64,000 bases of DNA, from NCBI GenBank assembly GCA_965237805.1, contig OZ250153.1, positions 192,001-256,000 on the forward strand, read 5' to 3'. The notes beneath the pieces are model-generated. The model was not told where the DNA came from. It did no database searches and was given only the letters and a program-made list of their open reading frames with translations. This stretch comes from Gammaproteobacteria bacterium. Lineage in GTDB: Bacteria; Pseudomonadota; Gammaproteobacteria; JABABF01. Both the position numbers and the translations under genes were made by a program. Numbering within the stretch: position 1 is the stretch's first letter; every line of letters begins with the position of its first letter. Shown here piece after piece: positions 19,905 to 30,545 of this stretch.

Positions 19905-21926
19905 ATGTTGAGCCGAATCTGTTATGTCCTCGTGTCGACGCGTGCTGTCGCGTTGTTCGTCGCACTGGCGCTGCCGCTGGCGGTGGTGATACCGCCAGCG
20001 GCAGCAGACACCTACACGGTCAATTTTAAAGACACCGATATTCAAGAGCTAATCCGTTTTGTCGCCGATGTTTCTGAGCGCACTTTTCTCATCGACCCCA
20101 GGGTCAAAGGTAAAGTGCATGTGATCTCAGCCGCGCCGGTCAACGATGAGGAGCTCTACGATTTATTTTTAGCTATTCTCGATGTGCACGGTTTCACGGC
20201 GGTGGAAACCAGCGATGGCTTGATCACTGTGTTGCCAGAGCAACAGGCGCGCACCCTGCCGGGCCCAGTCGGTGACTTCGGTGCCACTGGCCGTGAAAAC
20301 CGCGAGGTTGTTACCAGCGTCTTGCCGTTACGCAACATCGCTGCCAGCAAGTTGATCGCTGTGTTGCGACCGTTGGCACCACAGCATGCGCATATGGCGG
20401 CCTATCCACCGACCAATTCCATCATCCTCTCCGACAGCGCCGCCAACATCGCCAAGCTGCTCACAATCATCAAGCAGTTAGATAAAGAGACCGAGGGGCA
20501 GGTGGACAGTATCGAGCTCCGGTATGCCGATGTCAGCGAGGCTGAGCGCATCTTGCGAGAATTGATGAAAAAAGAACTCAGCGACCAGGGTTCGCAGCTG
20601 GTGTTGGTGGCGGACAAACGCAGCAACCGACTGTTGATCAAAGGCGGGGCTATATTGCGTCAAAAAGCGCGGCAGTTGATCAACACATTGGATTCTCCGG
20701 TCGGACGCTTGGAAAATGCCCGCGTGATCTACCTCAAGCACGCCGAGGCTAAACAGCTGTCCGAGGTGTTGAATAAAGTGGTTGAAAACATTCAATCGGG
20801 CAACAAAGGCGCGGGCGGCAATGCGGGACAACAGGCGCGCTTGCAGGCGGACGAGGCGACCAATTCTCTGATCATCACGGCCAGCACGGAAATGATCAAA
20901 ACGTTGGAGGCGATCATCAACCGCCTCGATATTCGTCGCCAGCAGGTACTGGTCGAATTGATCATCGCCGAGGTTGAGGGCACCGACGACAGCTCACTCG
21001 GCTTGGAGTTCCTGTTCGCCGATAGCAATCTCGGGCTGTTCTCTTCGGGCACTGGCGATGGCGTGTTGCGCACGCTGGCGAGCGCGCTCAGTGCCAACAC
21101 AGGCAATACTGGGCGCACCTTGCTGTCAAATTTAGCGGGCAGTTTGACGACGGTCGACGGCCAATCTCTGACCATCGGCAATTTGACAAATTCCGATCGA
21201 ATCTTTGCTGGGATCTTGACTGCTCTGCAAAAAAATACCGAAACGAATATTCTGGCGACACCCAATCTGCTGACTTTAGACAACACCGAGGCATCTATCG
21301 TCGTCGGTCAAAATGTGCCGTTTATCACTGGCTCCTATGTCAGTGGCACGAACGCCTCGGTCAATCCTTTCCAGACCATCTCGCGCGAAGATGTCGGCAT
21401 CACGCTGAAAGTCAAGCCGAATATCAGCGAAGGGGACACCGTGCAGCTGGACATTGAGCAGGAAGTCTCCGGCGTTACCGGTGGCATCCAAGGTGCTGCT
21501 GCTGCCGATATCATCACCAACCGGCGGATGATCAAAACATCGGTGCTGGCTGGTGACGGTCAGATCGTCGTGCTCGGCGGCCTGATTCGTGATGAAGTCC
21601 AAGAGACCAAATACTCAATTCCAATATTAGGATCGATACCCATCTTGGGGCGGCTCTTTAGCCACACCACGGTGCAGGCAAAGAAAACCAATCTGCTGGT
21701 CTTTATCCGCCCGACCATTATCCGAAACGATCAAGCGATGGAGCACGAGACAGAGGCGAAATACCGGTGGATCCGCCAACATCAGCTACTCAAGCAACAG
21801 GAAGGCGTGGATTTGATCTCGGCCGATCGGATGCCACTGTTGCCGGAATGGGACGAGCAGTTGCGTCGCCATCTCAACAGTCAATTCGAGTCGATTAGGA
21901 CGAATGAGCTGAGGGATCAACGCTGA
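19905..21926 (+). CDS. gspD: Type II secretion secretin
   Basis: Signal peptide, NFKDTDIQE, IDPRVKG, LDIRRQQVLVE, VGQNVP, IPILGRLF. Confidence 0.96.
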   Translation: MLSRICYVLVSTRAVALFVALALPLAVVIPPAAADTYTVNFKDTDIQELIRFVADVSERTFLIDPRVKGKVHVISAAPVNDEELYDLFLAILDVHGFTAVETSDGLITVLPEQQARTLPGPVGDFGATGRENREVVTSVLPLRNIAASKLIAVLRPLAPQHAHMAAYPPTNSIILSDSAANIAKLLTIIKQLDKETEGQVDSIELRYADVSEAERILRELMKKELSDQGSQLVLVADKRSNRLLIKGGAILRQKARQLINTLDSPVGRLENARVIYLKHAEAKQLSEVLNKVVENIQSGNKGAGGNAGQQARLQADEATNSLIITASTEMIKTLEAIINRLDIRRQQVLVELIIAEVEGTDDSSLGLEFLFADSNLGLFSSGTGDGVLRTLASALSANTGNTGRTLLSNLAGSLTTVDGQSLTIGNLTNSDRIFAGILTALQKNTETNILATPNLLTLDNTEASIVVGQNVPFITGSYVSGTNASVNPFQTISREDVGITLKVKPNISEGDTVQLDIEQEVSGVTGGIQGAAAADIITNRRMIKTSVLAGDGQIVVLGGLIRDEVQETKYSIPILGSIPILGRLFSHTTVQAKKTNLLVFIRPTIIRNDQAMEHETEAKYRWIRQHQLLKQQEGVDLISADRMPLLPEWDEQLRRHLNSQFESIRTNELRDQR

Positions 21927-23467
21927 TGGGAGTCGAGCTGGACAGCGAACTCGCCGATGGCACCGCCGCCGCGCTCTCTGCGATACCCCAACTGCCCTAC
22001 AGCTTTGCGCGCAACAACCATGTGCTGATCGAGCGGGCGAGCGAGGACGACGGCACGCCGGTGTTGGTCTATCCCAAGGGCAGCCTGCGTCCAGAAATCT
22101 ATGCCGAGCTGCGCCGCTTGGTCGGTGGGCCCGTGCAGCTCAGTGCCATCGATGAGCGGGATTTTCAACAGCGCTTGACCGCTCACTATCAGCACGGCGA
22201 CGGCGATGCGGCACGGGCGGCGGCTGACTTGGATGCCGATGAGGACTTGGGGCGGCTGGCCGATGAGGTGCCGGATACCGCCGACTTGATGGAGGGGGAC
22301 AACGATGCGCCGGTTGTGCGGTTGATCAACGCCATTCTCTCGCAGGCGGTGCGAGAGCAGGCTTCAGACATCCACCTTGAGACCTTTGAGGACAATGTCA
22401 CAGTGCGTTTTCGAATTGATGGTGTGTTGCGCGAGGTGCTATCGCCGAAGCGCAAGCTGGCACCGATGCTGGTCTCGCGGCTCAAGGTGATGGCGCGCTT
22501 GGACATTGCCGAGCGGCGCGTACCGCAGGATGGCCGTATCTCGGTACGCGTCGCTGGGCATCCGGTGGATATTCGTCTGTCGACGATCCCGTCGGCTTAC
22601 GGTGAGCGCGTCGTGCTGCGTCTGTTGGATATCAAGGCCGGTCGCCTCAGCATCACTCAGCTGCGCATGGGCGAGTCGGTGGACAGCAGTTTCCGCAACA
22701 CTCTGCGCGCACCACACGGCATTATCCTCGTCACCGGTCCGACTGGCTCTGGCAAGACCACGACGCTCTACGCAGGACTCAGCGAAATCAATGAATCCTC
22801 ACGCAATATCATGACCATTGAGGATCCGGTCGAATATATGCTCAAGGGCATCGCCCAAACCCAAGTCAACACCAAGGTGAAAATGACCTTCGCCCGGGGT
22901 CTGCGCGCCATCCTCCGTCAAGATCCAGATGTGGTCATGATCGGGGAGATTCGCGATATTGAAACTGCCGAGATTGCCATTCAAGCCAGCATGACCGGTC
23001 ATTTGGTGCTGTCTACTCTACACACCAACACGGCCATCGGAGCGGTGACGCGGCTACAGGATATGGGAGTCGAAACTTTTCTGCTCTCCGCCAGCCTGAC
23101 CGCCGTCATAGCCCAGCGCTTGGTGCGGCTTTTGTGTGCCGAGTGCCGCAGCCAGCGCAGTTTGCTCGACGATGAGAGCGAGCTGCTATTTGGTGTGCAG
23201 AGAGCGGGCAAGTCGCCGCTGGTCTATCAGGCAGTGGGTTGTCCGGCGTGCAATCAGCTCGGTTATCGTGGCCGCACCGCCCTCTACGAATGCATCGAGT
23301 TGGATGATCAGCTGCGCCAGATGATACGCGGTAGCGTCGGCGAGCAGGAAATGACGGCCTACGCCCGCGAACACAGTGAGAGCATGTTCGACGATGGGCG
23401 CCGCCGCGTGTTGGCGGGCGAGACCACGCTGGAAGAAGTGTTGCGCGTCACCCGCGCCAGCGGCTAG
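21926..23467 (+). CDS. gspE: Type II secretion ATPase
   Basis: [40 protein letters not shown], two CxxC pairs. Confidence 0.96.
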   Translation: MGVELDSELADGTAAALSAIPQLPYSFARNNHVLIERASEDDGTPVLVYPKGSLRPEIYAELRRLVGGPVQLSAIDERDFQQRLTAHYQHGDGDAARAAADLDADEDLGRLADEVPDTADLMEGDNDAPVVRLINAILSQAVREQASDIHLETFEDNVTVRFRIDGVLREVLSPKRKLAPMLVSRLKVMARLDIAERRVPQDGRISVRVAGHPVDIRLSTIPSAYGERVVLRLLDIKAGRLSITQLRMGESVDSSFRNTLRAPHGIILVTGPTGSGKTTTLYAGLSEINESSRNIMTIEDPVEYMLKGIAQTQVNTKVKMTFARGLRAILRQDPDVVMIGEIRDIETAEIAIQASMTGHLVLSTLHTNTAIGAVTRLQDMGVETFLLSASLTAVIAQRLVRLLCAECRSQRSLLDDESELLFGVQRAGKSPLVYQAVGCPACNQLGYRGRTALYECIELDDQLRQMIRGSVGEQEMTAYAREHSESMFDDGRRRVLAGETTLEEVLRVTRASG

Positions 23468-23470
23468 GTC

Positions 23471-24694
23471 ATGGCCAGTTATCGTTACCAAGCGCTGGAT
23501 GCCAACGGGCGGCGGGTGCGCGGTGTCATTGAGGGTGACAGTGAGCGCGGTGCACGTGCCCAGCTGCGTCAGCAGGGTCTCAAACCGCTCTCGCTGAGCC
23601 CAAATGATGCGGCTGCTGACGGTGATGCTCGCAGCACTTTTGGCAAGCTGTGGCAAGCTCGCATCTCGGTGCCCGACTTGGCTCTGCTGACCCGGCAGCT
23701 CGCCGTGCTGCTACAGGCGGGCCTGCCGTTGGCCGAAGCCCTCGATGCCGCCGCCCGCCAATGCCGCAAAGCCAGTCTCAAAGCCATTCTGCTCACCGTG
23801 CGCAGTCGGGTGACCGAGGGGCGTGCGCTACACCAAGCGCTGGCTGAGCACCCGCGTGCCTTCTCGCAGCTGTACCGAGCGATGGTCAGCGCTGGCGAAC
23901 AGTCCGGCCATCTCGGCCTAGTGCTGGAGCAGTTGGCCGATTACACCGAGAACCGCCAGCAGGCACAGCAACGCCTCAGCTCGGCGATGGTCTACCCGAT
24001 CATATTGGTCGGCGTGGCGGTGGCGGTAATCGCCGCGCTGATGACCTTCGTCGTGCCCAAGCTGGTGGCGATCTTTGAAAGCACCGCAGGCACCCTGCCG
24101 CCGCTGACGGTGGCACTGATCGTCACCAGCGATTTCTTGCAAGCCCGCTGGTGGCAACTGCTGGCTGGTGGTGCCTTGAGCGTGGCTCTGGCACGGCTGG
24201 CCTTGCGCGATGAGGGTCGTCGCCGTGTGATGCATCGCGGCCTGTTAGCCCTGCCCTTGATCGGCGAGCTGTCACGCAATATGGAGACTGCTCGCTTCGC
24301 CAGCACCCTGAGTATTTTGACGCGCAGCGGGGTGCCACTACTCGACGCGCTACACATCGCACGCGAGGTCTTCGGCAACTTGGTCTTGCGCGATGCGGCC
24401 GAGGCCATCGTCGACAGCGTGGCCGAGGGCGGCAGCTTGCACCGGGCACTGGATCAGAGCGGCGTCTTTCCGCCGATGATGGTGCAGATGGTGGCTAGCG
24501 GTGAGGCCAGCGGCCAGTTGGACAATATGCTTGAGCGCTCGGCGATCAACCAAGAGCGGGAGCTGGAAGTGACCATGGGCACGCTGATGACCGCTTTCCA
24601 ACCGCTGTTGGTGCTGTTTATGGCTGGCATGGTGCTGACCATTGTCTTGGCTATCCTATTGCCAATTTTTGGCCTCAACGATTTGGTACAATAA
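23471..24694 (+). CDS. gspF: Type II secretion inner membrane platform protein
   Basis: TRQLAVLLQAGLPL, AGEQSGHL, AMVYP, SGEASGQL; three TM segments. Confidence 0.95.
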   Translation: MASYRYQALDANGRRVRGVIEGDSERGARAQLRQQGLKPLSLSPNDAAADGDARSTFGKLWQARISVPDLALLTRQLAVLLQAGLPLAEALDAAARQCRKASLKAILLTVRSRVTEGRALHQALAEHPRAFSQLYRAMVSAGEQSGHLGLVLEQLADYTENRQQAQQRLSSAMVYPIILVGVAVAVIAALMTFVVPKLVAIFESTAGTLPPLTVALIVTSDFLQARWWQLLAGGALSVALARLALRDEGRRRVMHRGLLALPLIGELSRNMETARFASTLSILTRSGVPLLDALHIAREVFGNLVLRDAAEAIVDSVAEGGSLHRALDQSGVFPPMMVQMVASGEASGQLDNMLERSAINQERELEVTMGTLMTAFQPLLVLFMAGMVLTIVLAILLPIFGLNDLVQ

Positions 24695-24714
24695 GTGGTG
24701 GAGGCAATGAAGCC

Positions 24715-25176
24715 ATGCAGGAAGTGAAGAGCTGGTCTCTTTTGAAGTGCCGCCGCCATGCGCGGCGCGGCTTCAGCATGCTCGAAATACTGGTGGTGCT
24801 GGTCATTATCGGCATTCTTATCAGCTATGTCGGCCCCCGGGTGTTGGGACGCGCTTCACAGGCACGGCAGCAAAAAGCCTTTGCAGATTTCCGCACCATC
24901 GAGACCGCGCTGAAGATTTACCGGCTCGACAACTATCGTTACCCGAACACCGCAGAGGGTTTGGAGGCGCTGGTGCGGCGCCCGGACAGCGGTGGTGCCC
25001 GCAACTGGAAAGATGGCGGCTACATCGACCGCTTACCGAAAGATCCGTGGGGACAAGCCTACAGCTACCAACAGCCGGGGCAACACGGTGAGATCGACAT
25101 CGCCACCTTGGGGGCGGATGGCTTGATCGGCGGCGACGGCGAAAACAAGGATTTGGGCAACTGGGAGGCCCCCTAG
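24715..25176 (+). CDS. gspG: Major pseudopilin
   Basis: RRG/FSMLE prepilin site, YRLDN.RYP, LPKDPWG. Confidence 0.95.
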   Translation: MQEVKSWSLLKCRRHARRGFSMLEILVVLVIIGILISYVGPRVLGRASQARQQKAFADFRTIETALKIYRLDNYRYPNTAEGLEALVRRPDSGGARNWKDGGYIDRLPKDPWGQAYSYQQPGQHGEIDIATLGADGLIGGDGENKDLGNWEAP

Positions 25177-25205
25177 AAATTACTTCGAGCTCGTCGCTGA
25201 AAATT

Positions 25206-25859
25206 GTGTTTCACCAAGCCATTGTCGTTATTTTCGAGCTGGGGATACAGCGCCGAGTACAGCGCGGCTTCTCGATGTTGGAGCTGCTGGTCGTCTTGCT
25301 GATTGTCGGCCTGATGGTGTCGATGGCAGGCCTCAATTTTGGGAGCAATAGTTCGCGTACTTTGGCAGCTAGCGCCCGCACCCTGTTTCAGCAGATGCGC
25401 TTGGCGCGCGAGGAGGCGATCTTGCTCGACCGCCAGTTTGGGTTGTTGTTCGAAGAGGTGGAGCCGGAGGGGGACAGTAGCTCGCTCGAAAAATTCTACC
25501 GCTACCGTTGGTTGCGCTACGAAGAGGAGCAGCAACAGTGGGTGGAATTGCGTGGCCAGAGCGGTTATGTCGGCGCTATCCTGCCACCCAGTATCGATGT
25601 CGATTTGACGGTGGATGACCGCTATTACGGCCTATCCTTGCGCAAGGCGTCGGTCATCGAATACAGCTATGAAGAACGGCTCGAAGACGATGATGGCGAG
25701 GATGTTGCCGCGGCATTGCCGCCGCAGTTGATGTTCTTATCCAGCGGCGAGATCACCGAATTCTCACTCAATCTCTCGCTGCGTGAGGGCCTGCGCGCGC
25801 CGGTTCGTATCAGCGCTGATGCCAGCGGCGGTTTGCAGCTGGAAGACGAGGGGATTTGA
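25206..25859 (+). CDS. gspH: Minor pseudopilin H
   Basis: QRG/FSMLELLVV, PQLMFLSSGEITEF; operon position. Start uncertain. Confidence 0.88.
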   Translation: MFHQAIVVIFELGIQRRVQRGFSMLELLVVLLIVGLMVSMAGLNFGSNSSRTLAASARTLFQQMRLAREEAILLDRQFGLLFEEVEPEGDSSSLEKFYRYRWLRYEEEQQQWVELRGQSGYVGAILPPSIDVDLTVDDRYYGLSLRKASVIEYSYEERLEDDDGEDVAAALPPQLMFLSSGEITEFSLNLSLREGLRAPVRISADASGGLQLEDEGI

Positions 25860-26278
25860 GCGTGCGGCGCACCGGAGGATTTTCTCTGATCGAGGTCTTG
25901 GTGGCGGTGGCGGTGGTGTCCTTGGCCCTACCTGCACTGTTGCTCAACAGTATTCAACAGATGGATGGCACCGCCTATCTGCGCGATAAAATCATCGCCA
26001 GCTGGGTGGCGAGCAATGCACTGACAGAAATCCAGATCGCACATAGCACCCGCGGTGAATTGCCCAGTGCCACGCTGAGCGGCGAGGAAGAGATGGCGGG
26101 CATCGACTGGCGCTGGGAGGCGCGGATCCGCAAAAATCGTCAGTTTCCGGAACTCTATCCGGTCGAAGTGCAAGTATGGCGTCGCGGCGCAGCTTCGCCG
26201 ATGGCTGCCAATCAGAGCTATCTGTACGACTCCAAGGCTTTGGAACAACAGCTACGCGACCTCAAGGACAAGCCCTGA
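25856..26278 (+). CDS. gspI: Minor pseudopilin I
   Basis: GG/FSLIEVLVA, A.WVA.N.L, EMAG..WRW. Confidence 0.9.
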   Translation: MSVRRTGGFSLIEVLVAVAVVSLALPALLLNSIQQMDGTAYLRDKIIASWVASNALTEIQIAHSTRGELPSATLSGEEEMAGIDWRWEARIRKNRQFPELYPVEVQVWRRGAASPMAANQSYLYDSKALEQQLRDLKDKP

Positions 26279-26982
26279 TGCGCCGTTGCGACGAGGCGGG
26301 TTTTACACTGATCGAGCTATTGCTCGCGATCTCGATTAGCGCGCTGCTCGGCGGCATGGCCTACAGTGGGCTCGATGTGGTGATCACCGCCCGCGATCGT
26401 AGCCAAGAGTCCGACCGACGCGCCAACGAAGTCTATTTGGGGATGATGACCATTGCGCGTGATGTACGACACGCTTTCCCGCGTGAAATCCTTGATGAAA
26501 ACGGTGATTTGCGTCAGGCATTTGAATCCGAAGGCGACAGTTACCATCTGTTCTCCATCACCCGTAGCGGTTACCACAACCCCGGCAATGTGCAAGCGCG
26601 CAGCACTTTGCAGCGGGTGCGCTATCGCTTCGACGGTGAGCGCCTGTTGCGCGATGCATGGTATGGCTTGGATCGCATCGCCGACGAGTTTCACACGACG
26701 ATAGTGCTCAGTGAAGTCGAGTCGCTGAGTCTGCGATTTCTGCGACAGACAGCGGGCGGTGATGAGGAGTACACCGAGACCGAGTGGATCGACAACTGGG
26801 TCGATGTCTCGACGGAGGATTGGCAGATACTGCCCATCGCCATCGAGTGGAAACTACAGCTGCGCGACTGGGGGACGGTGCGCCGTATCTTCGAGACCAG
26901 TCCCTATGTGATACCACCGGCTGTCTACCGCATCATGGATAGGCGTCGGCAGAGTCGTCTGAGGCCGCAGCGTCCGGCATGA
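26278..26982 (+). CDS. gspJ: Minor pseudopilin J
   Basis: AG/FTLIELLLA, RSGYHNP, RSTLQRVRY, LPIAIE. ATG overlaps the gspI TGA. Confidence 0.9.
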   Translation: MRRCDEAGFTLIELLLAISISALLGGMAYSGLDVVITARDRSQESDRRANEVYLGMMTIARDVRHAFPREILDENGDLRQAFESEGDSYHLFSITRSGYHNPGNVQARSTLQRVRYRFDGERLLRDAWYGLDRIADEFHTTIVLSEVESLSLRFLRQTAGGDEEYTETEWIDNWVDVSTEDWQILPIAIEWKLQLRDWGTVRRIFETSPYVIPPAVYRIMDRRRQSRLRPQRPA

Positions 26983-28010
26983 ACAGGCTAGTAGTGCAGA
27001 CCGCAAGCGGTGGCTGCGGCCAGCACCGTGGAGTGGCATTGGTGCTGGCTCTATTGGTTGTGGCTCTGGCCTCCGCTCTGGCCGTCAGTATGGGCAACGA
27101 CTATTTGGTGCGCATGCGCCGCTTTGCAAACCAGCTCAATGTCGAGCAGGCGCATTTCTATCTGCTGAGCGCCGAGCAGATAGCCAAGCATGTGCTCTTG
27201 GAAAATGCCATCGATTATCACCAAGGGAACAAGAGCGCTCATTTGGTGGAGCCTTGGAATTACAAGCGCAGCATTGCGGTAGAAGGGGGGCAGCTGCGCT
27301 TCCACTTCGAGAGCTACAGTGCCCAGCTGGGGATCAACCTGATCGCCAATGGTGCCGGGAATGCCGGACGCCAGCCAGTCCCCTACAATGTGTATCAGCG
27401 TCGCTTTATTCGTCTGTTGCGCTCTTTTGACGAGCTGCCACTATCCGAGCAAGAGGCACTGGAAATCACCCAAGCAGTATTCGATTGGATCGATGCCGAT
27501 ACGTTGCCAGAGGGGCACGGTGGCATGGAAAGCGGCAGCTACCAAAGCTTGGGTCTGAACTACCGCCCGCGCAATAAGTACATGGGGGATGTCTCGGAGT
27601 TGCAGCTGATCCCGCGCATCAGTCCGCGTCTCTACCGCCTGTTGGCAGCCCATGTCTCGGCCAACGTCCCGAACCCGGGCATCGGCATCAATGTCAATAT
27701 GGCGAGTCGCAATGTACTGCGCAGCCTGCCCGAAACCAATGGGCTGAGCCCGCTCAGCGAGGAGGAACTGGATAGCATCATGCAGCACCAAAGTCGCATT
27801 TTCACCACGGTTCCCAGCTTCCAAAATTTGCCGGGCTGGGCGGGGCAGATCAACACCCACGGCATCTCCGTGATCAACTCAGACTTCCTAGTCCGCGCCG
27901 AAGTACGGCTCAATGGCCACAGCTTCAGGTTGGCGAGTCATATGTATGTAGAAAGGCCGAAAATGGGTGGCCGCGTCATCATCATCAGCCGCGCTTATTC
28001 TTGGCTGTGA
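26979..28010 (+). CDS. gspK: Minor pseudopilin K
   Basis: RG/VALVLALLVV, DWIDAD, SELQLI, INVNMAS. Confidence 0.9.
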   Translation: MNRLVVQTASGGCGQHRGVALVLALLVVALASALAVSMGNDYLVRMRRFANQLNVEQAHFYLLSAEQIAKHVLLENAIDYHQGNKSAHLVEPWNYKRSIAVEGGQLRFHFESYSAQLGINLIANGAGNAGRQPVPYNVYQRRFIRLLRSFDELPLSEQEALEITQAVFDWIDADTLPEGHGGMESGSYQSLGLNYRPRNKYMGDVSELQLIPRISPRLYRLLAAHVSANVPNPGIGINVNMASRNVLRSLPETNGLSPLSEEELDSIMQHQSRIFTTVPSFQNLPGWAGQINTHGISVINSDFLVRAEVRLNGHSFRLASHMYVERPKMGGRVIIISRAYSWL

Positions 28011-29230
28011 GTCAGCTCCCACTGCTGTTGTGTCCGCAGACCGAAGCCGGTCGCTATCGCTGGCGGCTGGGCGAGCGCGGTGGCAACGACAGGCTGAGCG
28101 ATATCGCCGCCCATCGCGACGGCGAACCGGTGGTCTTAGTGCTGCCAGCTGAGGAGGTATTGCTACGCCGCCTGCCGCTGGCACCCGGTGAGCGACGCCA
28201 CGCCGCGCAGAGTGTCCCATTCATGCTGGAAGAGGAACTGAGCGAGGATATCAGCAAGTTGCAGGTGGCGTTGGCACCGCCTGTGGATGATGCGGTGGTG
28301 GTGGCCATCGTCCAGCGCTCGGAATTGGCAGCGCGACTGTCGCTGCTACGAGCTGCCCAACTCTCCCCTATCCTTTGTGTGCCAGAGCAGCAATTGTTGT
28401 TACGAGCGCAGCAGGGCTGGGGTGCGCTCGCCATCGCCGAACGCATCGTTGTACACAGCGCCAGCGGCCAAAGCGTTATCTGCGATGCCCAAAATGCCGA
28501 TGAATTGCTGGCATTGCTAGCGGCCGACTCCCCTCCGCAAAGCATTCGCCTGCGCGTTGATGCAGGACAGAGCAAGGCGGTCATCGCCAGCTTTCCCAAG
28601 TCGCTACGCAAGCACATCGAGTGCCTTCCCAGTGACGCTGAGGATCGCCTTGACGATGCGCTGGTTGCGCTGGCGGCTGGCGATGTCGTCAATCTGCTGC
28701 AGGGCGATTTCAAGCTGCGTTTGTCATGGGGCGAGCTGTGGGGTAGATGGCGTACCGTCGCCCTGCTGATCGTCGCCAATCTATTGCTTTATAGCGCGGT
28801 CTCGTACAGCGATCTGCAACGCTTGCAACAGCGATCCGAACAGCTGGCGCTTGCCATCGCAGGAGTGTACGGCGAGTTCTTCGCTGAGGCCGAGCGGCGG
28901 GTGCCGCAAGCGCGCGCAGATTTCGAGCGCCTGTTGCTCGATGTCACCGAACAGCCGGCACAGCGCAGCTATTTGCTGCCCCTACTCGATCGTGTCGCTG
29001 TGGTGCTGCGCCAGACCTCCGGTGCCAAGCTGCACGCACTACAGTACCGAATCAAAGACCCCAAGCAGCTGCAAGTAGAGGTCGAAACGAGCAGCTTCGC
29101 CAGTGCTGAAAAGATCCGCCAACTATTTGATATGGGGGGATTGGATGCCCAGATGTTGGGTAGCAACGCGGTGCGAAATAACAGAGTGCGGGTACGCTTC
29201 CAGTGCAGCCTCAGGGAGCAGGCGCAATGA
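28001..29230 (+). CDS. gspL: Type II secretion protein L
   Basis: PFMLEEELSEDI, NLLQGDF followed by WR and a TM helix. Confidence 0.88.
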   Translation: MAVSQLPLLLCPQTEAGRYRWRLGERGGNDRLSDIAAHRDGEPVVLVLPAEEVLLRRLPLAPGERRHAAQSVPFMLEEELSEDISKLQVALAPPVDDAVVVAIVQRSELAARLSLLRAAQLSPILCVPEQQLLLRAQQGWGALAIAERIVVHSASGQSVICDAQNADELLALLAADSPPQSIRLRVDAGQSKAVIASFPKSLRKHIECLPSDAEDRLDDALVALAAGDVVNLLQGDFKLRLSWGELWGRWRTVALLIVANLLLYSAVSYSDLQRLQQRSEQLALAIAGVYGEFFAEAERRVPQARADFERLLLDVTEQPAQRSYLLPLLDRVAVVLRQTSGAKLHALQYRIKDPKQLQVEVETSSFASAEKIRQLFDMGGLDAQMLGSNAVRNNRVRVRFQCSLREQAQ

Positions 29231-29712
29231 ATGCCTTGCAGGATTGGTTGCGAGGCCTCCAGCGGCGCGAGCAGTGGCTATTACTTGCGTTGGTGCCGTT
29301 GCTGAGTGGCTATTTGCTGCTGCATTTCGCATGGGAGCCGATGGCCGCGCAGCGGGCTTTGTTGGAGTCTCAGAATCGAACGGCGCAGCAAACGCTGGTG
29401 TGGATGCGGTCCAGTGCGGCCAAAGTGCGCCTGCAACAGAGCCAGCGGCAGCAGCAGGCGAGCCAGCGCACGGTCTCGGTGGATCTCAGCAGTGCCGTGC
29501 AACAAAGCGCTGCGGCGGAGAGACTCAGCATCAAGCGATTGCAACCGCGTCCGGACGGCCGCATCCAAGTGCGGATGGAAAAGAGCGATGCCAATCGCGT
29601 GCTCAGCTGGCTACACGGGTTGGAGCAAAGAGACAATTTTGTCATTCAATCCTTGGATATCAACAATACACGTCGACCGGGCGAGATCAATCTGAGCGTG
29701 GAGTTGCGCTGA
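29227..29712 (+). CDS. gspM: Type II secretion protein M
   Basis: W..LQRREQ, TM helix, WEP, WL..LE; ATGA overlap with gspL. Confidence 0.88.
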   Translation: MNALQDWLRGLQRREQWLLLALVPLLSGYLLLHFAWEPMAAQRALLESQNRTAQQTLVWMRSSAAKVRLQQSQRQQQASQRTVSVDLSSAVQQSAAAERLSIKRLQPRPDGRIQVRMEKSDANRVLSWLHGLEQRDNFVIQSLDINNTRRPGEINLSVELR

Positions 29713-30491
29713 TGAGGCTGGGGCCATTGCGCATCGAGTTGCCGTGGCAGCAGTTGGGGATCGTGGCGATCGCCGCATGCGCCCTATTCTCGATCATGCA
29801 GCTGCCGACGGCGAATTTGCTGGGTGGTCTCGCTGCACGGTTGCCATGGCTGCAGCTCGCGGGTCTCTCCGGGGGACCGTGGTCGGGCGATGCCGAAGCG
29901 TTGCGCGTGCGGGTGGCTGGCAAGTGGCTATCATTGGGGCGTCTACATTGGCAGTTGCAGCCCCCCTCGCTGTTACCACCCCGCATCGCTTTGCAGCTGC
30001 AGAGCTCTGCCGAGGGACGGAGCTTTAGTACGCAGCTCAGCGCTGGCGGTGGCCAAATCTCCTTGCATCGCACCCGTGCCATGGCGCCGGCAGCAATCGC
30101 ACACCACTGGCTGCCGCCCGAGACGGCACTGGCTGGCAGCTTGTTTTTGCGTGCCGAGCACTTGACTGTGGGCAGGCCACCAGCACTGCGGGAGCTGCAG
30201 CTGGTCTGGCGCGATGCCCGGCTCAGCTACCGGGGGACCTTACTGGCGCTGGGCGAGTTGCAAATCTTTGCCGATGCGATGGCGGAGGATGGTGCCGTGA
30301 CCGGTCGCTTTGAAAATAGCGGTGGCGATGTGTCGCTGGTGGGCAGCTGGCAGTGGCAGGCGGGTCAATGGCAGCTCGAGGGAACGTTGACAGCGACGGC
30401 GGAGCTGAGCGAGGCAGCTCAGCAGCTGTTGCGCGATGGTGTGGGGCCAGCCCACGCCGATGGCAGCCACCATTTCCAATTCAGCCTGTAG
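29712..30491 (+). CDS. gspN: Type II secretion protein N
   Basis: QLP(T)A, LSGGPWSG, LG.LHWQL; last gene of the operon, ATG overlapping the gspM stop. Confidence 0.8.
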   Translation: MRLGPLRIELPWQQLGIVAIAACALFSIMQLPTANLLGGLAARLPWLQLAGLSGGPWSGDAEALRVRVAGKWLSLGRLHWQLQPPSLLPPRIALQLQSSAEGRSFSTQLSAGGGQISLHRTRAMAPAAIAHHWLPPETALAGSLFLRAEHLTVGRPPALRELQLVWRDARLSYRGTLLALGELQIFADAMAEDGAVTGRFENSGGDVSLVGSWQWQAGQWQLEGTLTATAELSEAAQQLLRDGVGPAHADGSHHFQFSL

Positions 30492-30545
30492 CACTGGCCA
30501 ATCGGAGCGCCCGCCAGTAGGCAATCCCAGCTAGCCCGCAGGCTG

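Noticed and set aside
29103-30491. 462-aa ORF suggesting an extended or fused GspN
   Set aside because: The first ~200 codons are an off-frame read through gspL/gspM. The ATG at 29712, coupled to the gspM stop, gives a normal GspN.
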